The notes under the pieces are model-generated. The model was given only the letters and a program-made list of their open reading frames with translations, ran no database searches and was not told the origin of the DNA. This document shows, one piece after another, positions 18,713 through 29,338 of a stretch of DNA of 64,000 nt. Where the stretch lies: positions 32,001 to 96,000 of the forward strand of contig JBEKXL010000004.1 in the NCBI GenBank assembly GCA_049512075.1. Direction: 5' to 3'. This DNA comes from Candidatus Bathyarchaeia archaeon. Its GTDB lineage: Archaea > Thermoproteota > Bathyarchaeia > Bathyarchaeales > Bathycorpusculaceae. The first letter of the stretch is position 1, and each line of letters starts with the position of its first letter. Position numbers and translations under genes: made by a program.

Positions 18713-20307
18713 TCTTGATTCTCCAAAGTCTTTGACATATAAACTCCATCGCGCTCGTAACCAAGCCGCTTGTAGTACTGTTTTGTGCCGAGCGCACTTA
18801 TAACTAAAATCTTTCTTAAACCATAATCCTCTCTCGTTATTCTTTCCGCCGTGGCCAGCAGGATTTTGCCGAAACCCTTGTGCTGCCACGCTTGGTCAAA
18901 ATGTTTGCCGACAGGAACTAGGGATCCGTACACGTGGAGTTCCCGGACTATGGAACACGGCTTCGCTTTTACCTCCTTTCTGTGGGCCTTTTCCGAAGGG
19001 ATCCTCAGCCTCAGATAGCCTATCAAAACGTCATTCTTCGAGTCCTCTGCTGAGATGAAGATTTCCTCGCCTTCAGAAGCGTTATATTCTGCAGTCAGGA
19101 TGTCGACTTCCTTTGGCTCGGGCCTCACGCCCCCTTCTGTTCGGTGCCCTACTTCCCTGCAACGTACGCATTTGCACTTCTTGCCTTTCTCAGCCATTTT
19201 CTGTTGTACCAGTTGTCGCAGATTGCTTCTGTTCACGCCCGCAACGATTAGTGGGGCAGGGATGTCGCGTTGGACGCGCATAATACGCATCCATCTTGGA
19301 ACGTTCTCTTTGATTTCTGCGATAAGATCAGCTGCCTCCTCGTTCGTATACGGTCTGAATTCCTTTTCCATATACCATTTGTGGGCTCTTGTGTTCTTCA
19401 AGACCAAGCACGGATAGATCTTCATCATGTCGGGCCTGAAACGGCGGTCTGCGAATATCTTCTTGAATGCCTGCAAGTCTTTTTTTCTGTTCGAGCCGGG
19501 AAGCCCAGGCATCATGTGGTAGACTATCTTCAGTCCTGCATCTTTCATTATTCGTGTAGATTCAACAACGTCTCGAACCGTGTGTGTTCTGCCGACCAAG
19601 CGGTAGATCTTGTCGCTTGGGTTTTGGACGCCCATTTCCACGCGGGTTACGCCCATGTTCAACATATGGTCTACGTGGGTCTCCTTGGCCCAGTCTGGCC
19701 GTGTTTCCACCGTTATGCCGACGTTGCGGATCCTGCTCTCTTCCGCGTTCTCTTCGGCCTCTTCAAGACTGCCTGATTCTTTTCCCGTTATTGCGTCGAG
19801 GCAACGTTGTACAAACCAGGTTTGATAATCCGGGGGCGTGGCGGGGAAAGTTCCGCCCATTATTATGAGTTCTATCTTGTCAACGTTGTGTCCTATGGCT
19901 TGCAATTGTTCGATGCGGGATTTGACTTGTAGGAATGGGTTGAATTCGTTCTGCAGTCCGCGCATGGCCGCAGGTTCGAAACCAGTATAGCTTTGTGGGA
20001 CACCCATAGCAGGTCCTCCGGGACAGTACGCGCAGGGTTCGGCTTGTGGACAAGGATACGGCTTCGTCATTGCAGCTACCACTGTGACCCCGGAGATTGT
20101 ACGTGTGGGCTTCCTTCTCAAGAGCGGCAATAGTCTGCGTTTCTCTTCGGCCTTAAGCAAGCGTATTATCTCGGAATTTGAGGGCACTTTCTGCAGGTGA
20201 TGTTTGAGGGCAGCCTGTTTTTTTAGATAGCCCAAATCGTGATGGCTAGGAGAGGGGCTACCCATCAGAATTTCAATGATTTCTCTCAGGGGCTTATCTG
20301 AATTCAC
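18709..20307 (-). CDS. elp3: Elp3 tRNA uridine(34) acetyltransferase (radical SAM + KAT)
   Basis: RTISGVTVVA, CAYCPGG, ETRPDW, RVQRDIP, RELHVYG, WQHKGFG. Confidence 0.95.
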   Translation of the reverse strand: MNSDKPLREIIEILMGSPSPSHHDLGYLKKQAALKHHLQKVPSNSEIIRLLKAEEKRRLLPLLRRKPTRTISGVTVVAAMTKPYPCPQAEPCAYCPGGPAMGVPQSYTGFEPAAMRGLQNEFNPFLQVKSRIEQLQAIGHNVDKIELIIMGGTFPATPPDYQTWFVQRCLDAITGKESGSLEEAEENAEESRIRNVGITVETRPDWAKETHVDHMLNMGVTRVEMGVQNPSDKIYRLVGRTHTVRDVVESTRIMKDAGLKIVYHMMPGLPGSNRKKDLQAFKKIFADRRFRPDMMKIYPCLVLKNTRAHKWYMEKEFRPYTNEEAADLIAEIKENVPRWMRIMRVQRDIPAPLIVAGVNRSNLRQLVQQKMAEKGKKCKCVRCREVGHRTEGGVRPEPKEVDILTAEYNASEGEEIFISAEDSKNDVLIGYLRLRIPSEKAHRKEVKAKPCSIVRELHVYGSLVPVGKHFDQAWQHKGFGKILLATAERITREDYGLRKILVISALGTKQYYKRLGYERDGVYMSKTLENQE

Positions 20308-20445
20308 GTTGAAGCAACCACAGCTAACTAGTGCAAAGCGTGCAAATAAACCACGCTGGGAACCAAGTTTCTCAGGGTCACTTCATTTCAAAAGCGAAAA
20401 AACGAAAGATGCAGAGAAGTCATGTTGAACTGGAGGGATCTTCAT

Positions 20446-21048
20446 TTATCTTGAAGCTTGAGCTACTCTCTCAATTTCGTGTCTTTTTGCGACCGCGAAG
20501 CTCTTCATGTCGTTGTTGCCTGCCAATATTAGTTCTTCGGCGAGGCATTCTTCTATGGAGCGCGGGTTGTTTACTGCCGCTTGTCTTGCTCCATCCGCGA
20601 GGTGTCGTAAAGCCAGATCCACTCTTCTTTGAGGTGCGACGTCCACGGACAGGTGGTAGGCGATGCCGCCCATGCTGATGCGCGTCGTGTCTTCGCAGGG
20701 TGCGGAGTTCTCGACGGCTTTGACCAACACTTCTATCGGGTTTTTGCCTGTGCGCAGGTTGACAATCTGAAACGCGTGGTGCACCATGTTCATTACTTTG
20801 GCTTTTTTTCCAGCGTTCTTGCCAGGACGCATGAGATTGTTTGCAAGTCTTTCGACGATGTTTATGCTTGCCTTGCGGAAGCGCTTGTGCTCATGTCTTC
20901 CCATGCTGTGGGGAATAACAACGGGCTTCAGTGAAACATATCTTTGCAAGCCTAAGTCTTTGACTTCGATGCCCTTGAAACTCCATTCTCCGAAAAGTTT
21001 TACTTCTTTCTCCTGTTTTTCTTCCTGCTTCTGACTCAAAACTCTCAC
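20446..21048 (-). CDS. rps7: 30S ribosomal protein uS7
   Basis: [37 protein letters not shown]. Confidence 0.97.
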   Translation of the reverse strand: MRVLSQKQEEKQEKEVKLFGEWSFKGIEVKDLGLQRYVSLKPVVIPHSMGRHEHKRFRKASINIVERLANNLMRPGKNAGKKAKVMNMVHHAFQIVNLRTGKNPIEVLVKAVENSAPCEDTTRISMGGIAYHLSVDVAPQRRVDLALRHLADGARQAAVNNPRSIEECLAEELILAGNNDMKSFAVAKRHEIERVAQASR

Positions 21049-21485
21049 CGGGCCGGCTTCTGTTTCCTTCCGTACACGAGTTCGTTCAAAGACACGCCGT
21101 TGACTGTTATGACCTTCCAGCGCACTCCTGGGATGTCGCCCATGCTTCTTCCGCGTGAGCCGCCTATTCCTTCGACCAGGACTTCATCGTGTTCATCCAC
21201 GACGTTCAATGCACCGTCTCCGGGCAAAAATGCAGTGATTAATCTCCCATTCTTTATGAGCTGCGTTCTGACACATTTCCTAATGGCACTATTGGGCTGT
21301 TTACTTTCTACGCCGACCTTTTCAAGAACAATGCCGCGTGCCATGGGAGACCCTTGAAGCGGGTCCGCCTTGACGTCCAGTCTCAAGATTCTGCGGTTGT
21401 AATACATGCTGCTCCAGCGGAACTTCTTGCGTTTCTTAACAAGCGCTCTCGCAGCGAATTCGCCTCTTGGAGACTTGGAACCCAT
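21045..21485 (-). CDS. rps12: 30S ribosomal protein uS12
   Basis: [23 protein letters not shown]. Confidence 0.98.
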   Translation of the reverse strand: MGSKSPRGEFAARALVKKRKKFRWSSMYYNRRILRLDVKADPLQGSPMARGIVLEKVGVESKQPNSAIRKCVRTQLIKNGRLITAFLPGDGALNVVDEHDEVLVEGIGGSRGRSMGDIPGVRWKVITVNGVSLNELVYGRKQKPAR

Positions 21486-22273
21486 GGACCAATTTTCCTC
21501 TCGCTACGTCTAATCGCAATCCTAATATTTAAACTGAGCTACGAAGGTTGGAAAGGTCTCCCACATCATCCCGTCCTTTTTCTCCATTCGGTCCTTGAAT
21601 GGCTCACGCTGTTTCCATTCGTACGCGTTGACTTTCAACTATCATTCGAGGGTCCTCTGCAGGTCTCGGACTGAGCATGGTCCAGAAAGGTTGAACGTGT
21701 GGTCTTCAGCCTTGTTTACACCATTCTGAACCAGTTATTTTCTTGAAAATGCTCTGCAACATCCTGTCTGTGTGTGAATCAGGGTCATAACCGTAAACTT
21801 CAAAGTTCTCCTTTACGAGCTCCGCGATCTGGGCGAGTTCTTCATCAGTGAATTCCACCTTGGATTTCATGCTTTCATCATCCACCCCCTAATTCGAGTG
21901 CCAACCATAATCCCCTTTAAGAGAATGATTGCAGTCAGTTGGACATTTAGCGGGTGTGCATATAAATGTGATTCTATCTTCAAGCTTTCTTGTGTTGGCT
22001 TTTTTTGTCTCAGGTCCGCGTCCCGTGAAAGCTTGGATGATATATATAAAGTGCGCCTAGGCGTCCTACGTGGACATACTAATTAAGTCTGGAAAGGGCT
22101 TCAAGAAAGAGAAATGGACTGCTGACATCAGAAACAGATCCCAGGCTGCGTCATAGAGGTACGAGCATAGCTTGATGCATGGGGCGAGCAACGTAGCGTA
22201 CTCAACGACGCTGAAACGATTATAAGCAGTTGGCAACAAAGACAGAGCTACAGCTTCCTTTGAGGTTTGCAGT

Positions 22274-23032
22274 GTGATCGAGACTGAATATTGGAAGAAG
22301 TATATCGCAGAACTGATTGGCACGTTTATTCTAGTCTTCGTGGGTTGTGGAACTAGAGTTATCGCCGGCGGCTACATAGGCATTGAGGGAGTATCACTGG
22401 CTTTCGGTCTCTCTGTTCTAGCGTTGATGTACGCCATAGGAGGTCTTTCTGGATGCCACATAAACCCAGCAGTGTCCATTTCAATGTTGGCCGCAGGCAA
22501 AATGAAGCTCAAAGATGCAGTATTCTACGTAGTTATGCAGTGCTTGGGCGCAGTAGTCGGAGCTGCACTGCTCTACGGGATAGTCACTGGCAACGCAGCC
22601 TACAATCTGGCGTCTAATGGCTTGGGCCAGAATGGATACGGCGCGACGATAGGCGGGTTCTCAGTGGCGTCCTGTTTTGCGGCTGAGGTCGTGTTGACCT
22701 TTGTTTTCTTGCTAGTCTTCTTCGGTTCCACAAGCGAAAAGGCGCCGAAAGGTTTTGCAGGCGTCGCTGTGGGCTTTACTTTTGTCATGATATATCTTGT
22801 AAGTATGCAAATAACAGGCGGATCGGCTAATCCAGCAAGAAGCCTAGGCCCTGCAGTAATTCTTGCAGTGTTTGGCGGTGGTGCTGGAGTGGACGCTTGG
22901 AGCCAGCTCTGGCTATTCTGGGCAGCACCCATACTCGGTGCGCTCATAGCCGCAGGTGCCTGGCGGCTTCTGGGGCAAGAGCGAAGCATCTTGGCCTGCG
23001 AACCCGCTTCAGACGCGGGGCGCGTTGATTAG
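22274..23032 (+). CDS. Aquaporin (MIP family, AqpZ-like)
   Basis: SGCHINPAVS and SANPARS NPA motifs; six TM segments. Confidence 0.93.
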   Translation: MIETEYWKKYIAELIGTFILVFVGCGTRVIAGGYIGIEGVSLAFGLSVLALMYAIGGLSGCHINPAVSISMLAAGKMKLKDAVFYVVMQCLGAVVGAALLYGIVTGNAAYNLASNGLGQNGYGATIGGFSVASCFAAEVVLTFVFLLVFFGSTSEKAPKGFAGVAVGFTFVMIYLVSMQITGGSANPARSLGPAVILAVFGGGAGVDAWSQLWLFWAAPILGALIAAGAWRLLGQERSILACEPASDAGRVD

Positions 23033-23105
23033 TGTAAGCGCACTATTGAACGCTAGAAAAGAAGCTTTGACGAGTATGTGGACCTAGTGCCTGGGATGAG
23101 GTTGC

Positions 23106-23855
23106 ATGAGTCGAAGAATAGTCAACGCATATCATTTGGAACTCATTTCCGAGGTCAAGGCACATGCCAACCAATTGTCACAATCTCATAAAGAAAGACT
23201 TGAACGCTACATTGGAACAGACAAGACCTGCTACGTGATCGGGGCCGATACGCAGAGGGCAATCATCAAGGAATGGATTAGGAAACATCCGAGCCTCACT
23301 GAAGCTGAATACATCGAATTGCTGAACTCTTTATGTCAGGGGAAATCTGTCAACGAGATTTCTATCGCGGGCGAGTTGCTCGATTCGTTGCCAAAGCTGA
23401 GGAAAACTGTCGAGCCAAGATATCTTGACGTGTGGCTGAACAATGCGCACGGTTGGGCTGAAGTTGACTCCCTATGTCAGTCAAAATTCCCTGCATCTGA
23501 GGTCTTGGCCAACTGGAAAGAATGGGAAGGTCTCCTGACCAAACTGGCCTCGAACGATAATGTCAACAAGAAACGTGCTAGTCTAGTTCTGCTCACGAAA
23601 CCAGTCAGAGACTCAGAGGACACAAGATTGGAAAATTTGGCTTTCATGAACATCAACAAACTGAAGAATCATCGAGACATATTGATCACAAAAGCTATTT
23701 CATGGCTGCTGAGAGATCTGATCAAACACAACAGACAGAGAGTGGAATCCTACCTGAAAGAAAACGAAGACACGCTCCCGAAAATCGTTTCCAGAGAAAC
23801 CAAGACAAAACTGCTTACTGGAAGGAAAACGCCTCGTCGTACCAAACGTGGTTGA
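23106..23855 (+). CDS. DNA alkylation repair protein (AlkD-like HEAT repeat)
   Basis: WAEVDSLC, KRASLV, ITKAISWLLR. Confidence 0.85.
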   Translation: MSRRIVNAYHLELISEVKAHANQLSQSHKERLERYIGTDKTCYVIGADTQRAIIKEWIRKHPSLTEAEYIELLNSLCQGKSVNEISIAGELLDSLPKLRKTVEPRYLDVWLNNAHGWAEVDSLCQSKFPASEVLANWKEWEGLLTKLASNDNVNKKRASLVLLTKPVRDSEDTRLENLAFMNINKLKNHRDILITKAISWLLRDLIKHNRQRVESYLKENEDTLPKIVSRETKTKLLTGRKTPRRTKRG

Positions 23856-24020
23856 GGCTTTGTTTGCCCACGTTGCTTTTGGTCTCCAATCGACTAGCGT
23901 GATGGCCGATTATCGTTCTGCCACGCGAACCATCTGCGCTGAAGGTATAGGTATTTGAGAGACGTTTGTTAATCCATCTTCACATACAGCCAATTTTCAT
24001 GCACCAAGAGTGATGATGAA

Positions 24021-24878
24021 TTGAACGAAATGAAAGACAAGGTCTGCATTGTTACAGGCAGCAACTCTGGGATTGGAAAGGAAACAGCTCTGGCTTTGGC
24101 AAAAATGGGCGCATGGGTCATTATGGTCGTACGTAACCCAGAACGGGGAGAAAAAGCGAGATTCGAAATACTCAGCCAGAGCGGAAGCAATACAGTTGAT
24201 CTGATGGTATGCGACGTGTCATCAATGGGTTCAATACGGCATTTCGCAGAGTCATTCAGGCAAAAGTACGACAGACTGGACGTGCTCATAAACAATGCCG
24301 GAGCTGTCTTCAATAAGCAGGAGATCACCGTGGAGGGTTTTGAGCGAACACTGGCTGTGGATTATCTTGGACCATTTTTCCTCACACATCAACTCATGGA
24401 TTTGTTGAAATCGAGTGCTCCATCCAGAGTAATCAACGTGACTTCTGGGCTTCACAGATCAGGTAAAATAAGTTTCGACGATTTGCAGAGTGAAAAGAGT
24501 TTTAACGGAATGAAGGTGTATGCTAACGCGAAATTGATGGTGTTAATGTTCACTTATGAACTTGCCAGACGGCTTGAGGGTACAGGACTCACGGTAAACG
24601 CGCTTGAACCAGGCTTTGTGGCTACCAATCTTGGAAGAAGCAGCGGAAGTCTCCGTTCGGCTATACTCTTCAAGATGGTCCGTCCGATGCAAATTAACGC
24701 GAAGAAGGGAGCTGAAACTTCCGTGTACTTGGCATCTTCAGACGAAGTTAAAGGCGTAACGGGCAAATGCTTCGCAAAAATGCATGAAACCACCACCGCC
24801 CCCATATCACACGATCAGCAACTGCAGAAGCAATTATGGGACAAGACAGTGGAACTGATTGGCTTGGCCCCAGACTAA
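24021..24878 (+). CDS. SDR oxidoreductase (retinol dehydrogenase-like)
   Basis: TGSNSGIG, NNAG, YANAK. Confidence 0.9.
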   Translation: MNEMKDKVCIVTGSNSGIGKETALALAKMGAWVIMVVRNPERGEKARFEILSQSGSNTVDLMVCDVSSMGSIRHFAESFRQKYDRLDVLINNAGAVFNKQEITVEGFERTLAVDYLGPFFLTHQLMDLLKSSAPSRVINVTSGLHRSGKISFDDLQSEKSFNGMKVYANAKLMVLMFTYELARRLEGTGLTVNALEPGFVATNLGRSSGSLRSAILFKMVRPMQINAKKGAETSVYLASSDEVKGVTGKCFAKMHETTTAPISHDQQLQKQLWDKTVELIGLAPD

Positions 24879-25056
24879 TTCGTGCACTGTTTAAGGTGCT
24901 CTTTGCGGCCAAAACGATATACGTGCTGCGCGAGCTAGACTCTTGAAAGCAGGAACCAAGCTTACGCATGATTTGGCGCCGGCGAAGTTCCAGCTGCAGA
25001 CTATCAAAGGTTTTAAGGAACAGGTGACATTCACAGAACAAGGAAGGTCAGATAGA

Positions 25057-26286
25057 TTGAGGTACAGAGATTTCGTTGATTTGAAATACGAACCGAACGA
25101 AACAGACCTTATTTGCAGTTTTCGCGTTGAGCCGGCTGGCATTGATATTGAGGAAGCGGCAGGAGGCGTTGCTGCGGAGAGCTCAGTAGGGACGTGGACA
25201 GAGCTCTCAACAGTGAAACCTTACGTACTCAAACTCGCGGCTCACGTTTTCAGCATAGAAGGCAACGATGTCAAAATAGCATATCCACTGCAACTCTTCG
25301 AGCCAGGAAGCATGCCCAATATACTGAGCAGTGTCGCGGGGAACGTTTTCGGGTTGAGGGCCTTGAAAAACCTAAGACTTAACGATATCCTTTTTCCGCG
25401 GAAGCTCATCCGAAGCTTCGAAGGCCCGAAATACGGTGTTGAAGGAATACGGAAGCTGATGAAAGTTTATGATAGGCCGCTCGTGGGCACGATAATCAAG
25501 CCTAAGCTTGGGCTCAAAACGGTGGATCATGCGAAGGTTGCTTATGATGCTTGGGTGGGAGGTTGTGACATAGTCAAAGATGATGAGAATCTCGGCAGTC
25601 AGAAGTTCAATCCTTTTGAAGATCGCCTAATGAAGACCTTGGAGAGCAGAGATCGTGCTGAAGGAGAAACTGGGGAAAAGAAGGTCTACATGGTCAACAT
25701 CACGGCTGAAACGGATGAAATGTTGAGAAGAGCAGAGGCCGTTGTGAATCACGGGGGAGAATACGTGATGATAGACATTCTAACCTGCGGTTTCGCTGCT
25801 CTGCAAACGCTTCGAGATAGATGCTTCAATCTTATGATTCATGCCCACAGGGCCGGCCACGCGGCGTTCACCAAGGATCCCAAGCATGGAATTGCAATGC
25901 GCGTAGTGGCTAAAGTCGCAAGAATGGTGGGTGTGGATCAGCTTCACGTGGGGACTGTTGTTGGGAAAATGTTTGAAACTGCGGAAGAAGTGGCAGAGAA
26001 TAGGGACGCGTTGACGATGGAAATGGGCGGACTGAAACCTGTGTTGCCTGTCGCCTCAGGAGGGCTGCACCCAGGACTTGTTCCCGCACTTGTCAAGTTC
26101 TTCGGAAAGGATCTTGTGATCCAGGCTGGAGGGGGTATCCACGGCCATCCCAACGGAACGACTGCGGGAGCCATGGCCATGCGACAAGCGGTTGATGCAG
26201 CAATGCGCGGTGTGTCACTGGACACGTACGCTATGAAACACAAGGAATTGGAAGCAGCCCTGGAAACATGGGGACACACCGCCTAG
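25057..26286 (+). CDS. rbcL: Form III RuBisCO
   Basis: AAESSVGTW, KPKLGL, GGCDIVKDDE, HAHRAGH, GTVVGKM, SGGLH, GGGIHGHP; start likely TTG 25057. Confidence 0.95.
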   Translation: MRYRDFVDLKYEPNETDLICSFRVEPAGIDIEEAAGGVAAESSVGTWTELSTVKPYVLKLAAHVFSIEGNDVKIAYPLQLFEPGSMPNILSSVAGNVFGLRALKNLRLNDILFPRKLIRSFEGPKYGVEGIRKLMKVYDRPLVGTIIKPKLGLKTVDHAKVAYDAWVGGCDIVKDDENLGSQKFNPFEDRLMKTLESRDRAEGETGEKKVYMVNITAETDEMLRRAEAVVNHGGEYVMIDILTCGFAALQTLRDRCFNLMIHAHRAGHAAFTKDPKHGIAMRVVAKVARMVGVDQLHVGTVVGKMFETAEEVAENRDALTMEMGGLKPVLPVASGGLHPGLVPALVKFFGKDLVIQAGGGIHGHPNGTTAGAMAMRQAVDAAMRGVSLDTYAMKHKELEAALETWGHTA

Positions 26287-26293
26287 TGCCTCT

Positions 26294-27223
26294 TCACTTG
26301 AAAACCCATGGATATTTCCTGTGCATTACCTCTGTTATCGAGTGCGGCGATATTATTCCCTCTTCGCATATTATGCCGTGAATGAAGTCTCTCCGCGTCA
26401 CGTCAAAGGCCGGGTTCCTAACGGTCAGGTCCTTCGGTGCGTCCTTCCAAATCTCACGTGGGTCTCTTTCCTCTATCTTCTCGTAGTCTCCGTACATTGT
26501 TGCTGGGTCGAATTTCAAGAGTTCTGAAACCACGTAGAACGGGGTCCTCGCCTCTTGAGCCACGAGCGCGACCATGCTTGTTCCAATCTTGTTTATCACG
26601 TTTCCTTCAGAAGTTATCGCGTCCGCTCCGACGACTACCATGTCAACCTGGTTCATGAAGAACCTTGTGGCTGAATCAACGATGAACGTTGTTTTAACGC
26701 TTAGGTCTAACATTTCTTTTGCCGTGATCTTTCCTTGAAAGACAGGTCTGGTTTCGGTGCAGATGACTTCGAAGACTTTCCCATCATGCCTAGCTTTCTT
26801 CAGGAGGTGAGTGACCGTGGAAGAGTGGCAGTGGGTCAATATCGTGGAGTTGTTCCTGATCCTTCGGGCTCCCATTTCAGCAATTCTTTCCTTCGAGTTT
26901 TCGAGATCTTTCAGAAACTGTTGCGAGGCCATCGAGACTGTCTCGCTTAGCTTTTTGACGCTTTTCTCGGTGCTCTTTTCTACTTGATTTATGATTAATC
27001 TGATAGCGTTCCTCATCAGCGGTTCAGTCTCTCTTGAAGCGAAAAGAGTTTCCTTGGCCTTCAGGAGTTCTTTCAGGAATTCCCTTTTGGTTTTGGCTCT
27101 TGTCTGGTTTGCCTCCGTCTGTGTCGCAGTTATCGCAGCTATGGCGACGTTCCTTGCTCCTTGGACTTCAAGCTTTCTTATTTTTTCAGCCGCAATCCAT
27201 ACTGGGTCCTGCAATGCTTTCAC
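26294..27223 (-). CDS. Ribose-1,5-bisphosphate isomerase (eIF-2B family)
   Basis: VQGA, THCHSS, ETRP, GADAI, NKIGT, NPAFDVT; adjacent to form III RuBisCO. Confidence 0.85.
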   Translation of the reverse strand: MKALQDPVWIAAEKIRKLEVQGARNVAIAAITATQTEANQTRAKTKREFLKELLKAKETLFASRETEPLMRNAIRLIINQVEKSTEKSVKKLSETVSMASQQFLKDLENSKERIAEMGARRIRNNSTILTHCHSSTVTHLLKKARHDGKVFEVICTETRPVFQGKITAKEMLDLSVKTTFIVDSATRFFMNQVDMVVVGADAITSEGNVINKIGTSMVALVAQEARTPFYVVSELLKFDPATMYGDYEKIEERDPREIWKDAPKDLTVRNPAFDVTRRDFIHGIICEEGIISPHSITEVMHRKYPWVFK

Positions 27224-27380
27224 CTAAACAAATCACAATCTTATTTGTGAACACACTATAAACTTTCGGTGACAGTCTCTTTCGCTCGCGACAAGGTCCA
27301 GCTCTTGTCGGCTCTCGTGAACAGAAAAACATAACTCCCTTTGTGAAACTATTGTAAAGGGACTTCAGGGTGGTTGTGAC

Positions 27381-28631
27381 TTGAGAATCGGCTTCTTCGT
27401 GTGGGAGTATCCGCCTAGGCTCGTTGGCGGTCTAGGGACATATGCTCAGTACATAACGCGTGAGTACGTTCAGCTTGGACACGACGTCTCAGTCTTCACG
27501 CTTAATTCGGGTGACTTGAAGACAACTGAGATTCTGGAGGGCGTGGACGTCCAACGGCCGTTGATTGCGGATGCAAGTAATGTTTTTCCGATGTTCGTGG
27601 TGGACGATTTGAAAAGGTGGGGGACTAACATACGGTTTTTCAACGACATATTCATCTACAACATTCTGAGCTCGACGAAGTTCTTGAACGAGCTTGTGAG
27701 GAAGAAGGGCTATCACTTCGATGTGGTGTGCGTTCACGACTGGCTGAGCTGTATTTCAGGGTTGATAACGAAGAATGAGACCAAGATACCTGTGGTTTTC
27801 CACGTTCACAGTACTGAGTGGGGCAGGAGCGGGGGACATGGCTCCGAGGTTGTCTCGCATCTTGAAGAGGCAGCGGCTCAGAATGCGGACAGAATAATAA
27901 CGGTAAGTAATGCGATGCAGGACGATTTGACAAGACATGGCTGGCCTCAGTCAAAGATAAGTGTAGTGTGGAATGGCGTGGACCCTGACCAGTATGATCC
28001 GAAGGAGTGCAGAAATGAAGATGTGCAGCAGTTCAGGCAAGAGTGCGGAATCCCGGCGGACTGGAACATGGTTCTTTTTCTTGGAAGGCTGACGTGGGTG
28101 AAAAGCGTCAAGAACCTCGTTCAAGCAATGCCCATGGTTTTCGAGGAGTTTCCAAAGACGAAACTGGTGATTCTGGGCAAGGGTGAAGAGCAGAGTGACA
28201 TCATCGAAACGTCGAACAGGCTTGGAATAAGAGACAACGTCGTTTACCGTTTTGACTTCGTCCCAGAGGATGAGAGGATATTGTACTATGCCGCGTCAGA
28301 CGTGTGTGTATTCCCCTCAGTCTACGAACCCTTCGGCATAGTAAGCTTGGAAGCAATGTCCCTGGCAAAACCCGTTGTCGTCGGCGCTCGAGGAGTGGTC
28401 GGCTTCCGCGAGCAAGTCATTAACTCAGGCCCATATCAAAACGGAGTCCACGTTAACGGGGAGGACCCCGCGGACATAGCATGGGGAATCAAAGAAGTGC
28501 TTAGAGACCCAAAAAGGGCAAGGCTCTGGGGCCAAAACGGCCGAAAACGGGTTCTGAACTATTTCACATGGAAAAAAGTTGCTGAACAGACGTTAGAAGT
28601 ATATGGCGCACTTGCTCAAAAAGGAAGCTAG
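27381..28631 (+). CDS. GT4 glycosyltransferase (glycogen synthase-like)
   Basis: WEYPPRLVGGLG, HDW, HSTEWGR, EPFGIVSLEAM. Confidence 0.88.
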   Translation: MRIGFFVWEYPPRLVGGLGTYAQYITREYVQLGHDVSVFTLNSGDLKTTEILEGVDVQRPLIADASNVFPMFVVDDLKRWGTNIRFFNDIFIYNILSSTKFLNELVRKKGYHFDVVCVHDWLSCISGLITKNETKIPVVFHVHSTEWGRSGGHGSEVVSHLEEAAAQNADRIITVSNAMQDDLTRHGWPQSKISVVWNGVDPDQYDPKECRNEDVQQFRQECGIPADWNMVLFLGRLTWVKSVKNLVQAMPMVFEEFPKTKLVILGKGEEQSDIIETSNRLGIRDNVVYRFDFVPEDERILYYAASDVCVFPSVYEPFGIVSLEAMSLAKPVVVGARGVVGFREQVINSGPYQNGVHVNGEDPADIAWGIKEVLRDPKRARLWGQNGRKRVLNYFTWKKVAEQTLEVYGALAQKGS

Positions 28632-28666
28632 ACCCAAAGACTGCTATCTTACTAACGCGCTGCTCT

Positions 28667-29269
28667 TCACCTGGAAAACCTATCGTTCTTCCAGACGTCT
28701 GCCGAGTCGCTGTATCCTCTTTTTTCCCAGAAGCCAGCTTCTTTTTTCACGGTGAATCTTATCCGCGTCACCCACAAAGCGCTCTTGTACCCATACTTGC
28801 CAGGAACAACAAGCCGCAGAGGGAAACCATAGCCTTCTTCCAGGGGCTTTCCGTCAAGTCCATACGCCAAAAGTACGTCGTCACCTGAAAGCTCCGGCAG
28901 AGAAAGCGAGGTTGGGTAACCGTCTGCACATTCAAACGTGACAAACCTTGCGCTTTCTTTAGGCCCGACCAGACTGGCTATATCTCCGAAACGAATGCCC
29001 TCCCACTTGCAGTTGAGAACACTCCATCCTTCAACGCAGTGAAAATCACTAACAGACTGGACTCTGGGAAGTTGGGCAATTTCATTCCAACTGAGCTTCA
29101 ACGGTTTTTCAACTTCACCATCTATAGTCAGAGTATATGTTTTCAAGTCGATTTTGGGGTTGGACCGTGTAATGCCGGGGTGATCTATTCCCCATCTTAG
29201 AAGCCTCTTGATTGGGGCTTGACCCGGCGGCAGACTGTCAAGGTGATTTCCTTTTTCGTCTGAAGTCAT
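28667..29269 (-). CDS. Molybdopterin-dependent oxidoreductase (sulfite oxidase family)
   Basis: DFHCVEGWS, GFPLRLVVPGKYGYKS, GFWEKRGY. Confidence 0.88.
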   Translation of the reverse strand: MTSDEKGNHLDSLPPGQAPIKRLLRWGIDHPGITRSNPKIDLKTYTLTIDGEVEKPLKLSWNEIAQLPRVQSVSDFHCVEGWSVLNCKWEGIRFGDIASLVGPKESARFVTFECADGYPTSLSLPELSGDDVLLAYGLDGKPLEEGYGFPLRLVVPGKYGYKSALWVTRIRFTVKKEAGFWEKRGYSDSADVWKNDRFSR

Positions 29270-29338
29270 GCTTGTTCAACAGGAAATGGGTTTACATTGA
29301 AAATAAAGGTTGCTGGAATCTCCGATAAAACAGTGGAG

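Noticed and set aside
18713-18889. N-terminal extension of GatD in the ORF track
   Set aside because: Lies inside elp3 in another frame; ATG 18712 gives a normal GatD with a 4-bp overlap.
21550-21870. Short minus-strand ORF MKSKVEFTDEELAQIAELVKENFEVYGYDP with downstream in-frame stops; possible stop read-through
   Set aside because: Mixed stop types and no recognisable family; more likely a decayed gene.
24943-25056. N-terminal extension of RuBisCO (similar over-long starts for iorA, xpf, the DRE-TIM gene and 6955)
   Set aside because: Longest-ORF artefacts; family similarity begins at downstream starts.
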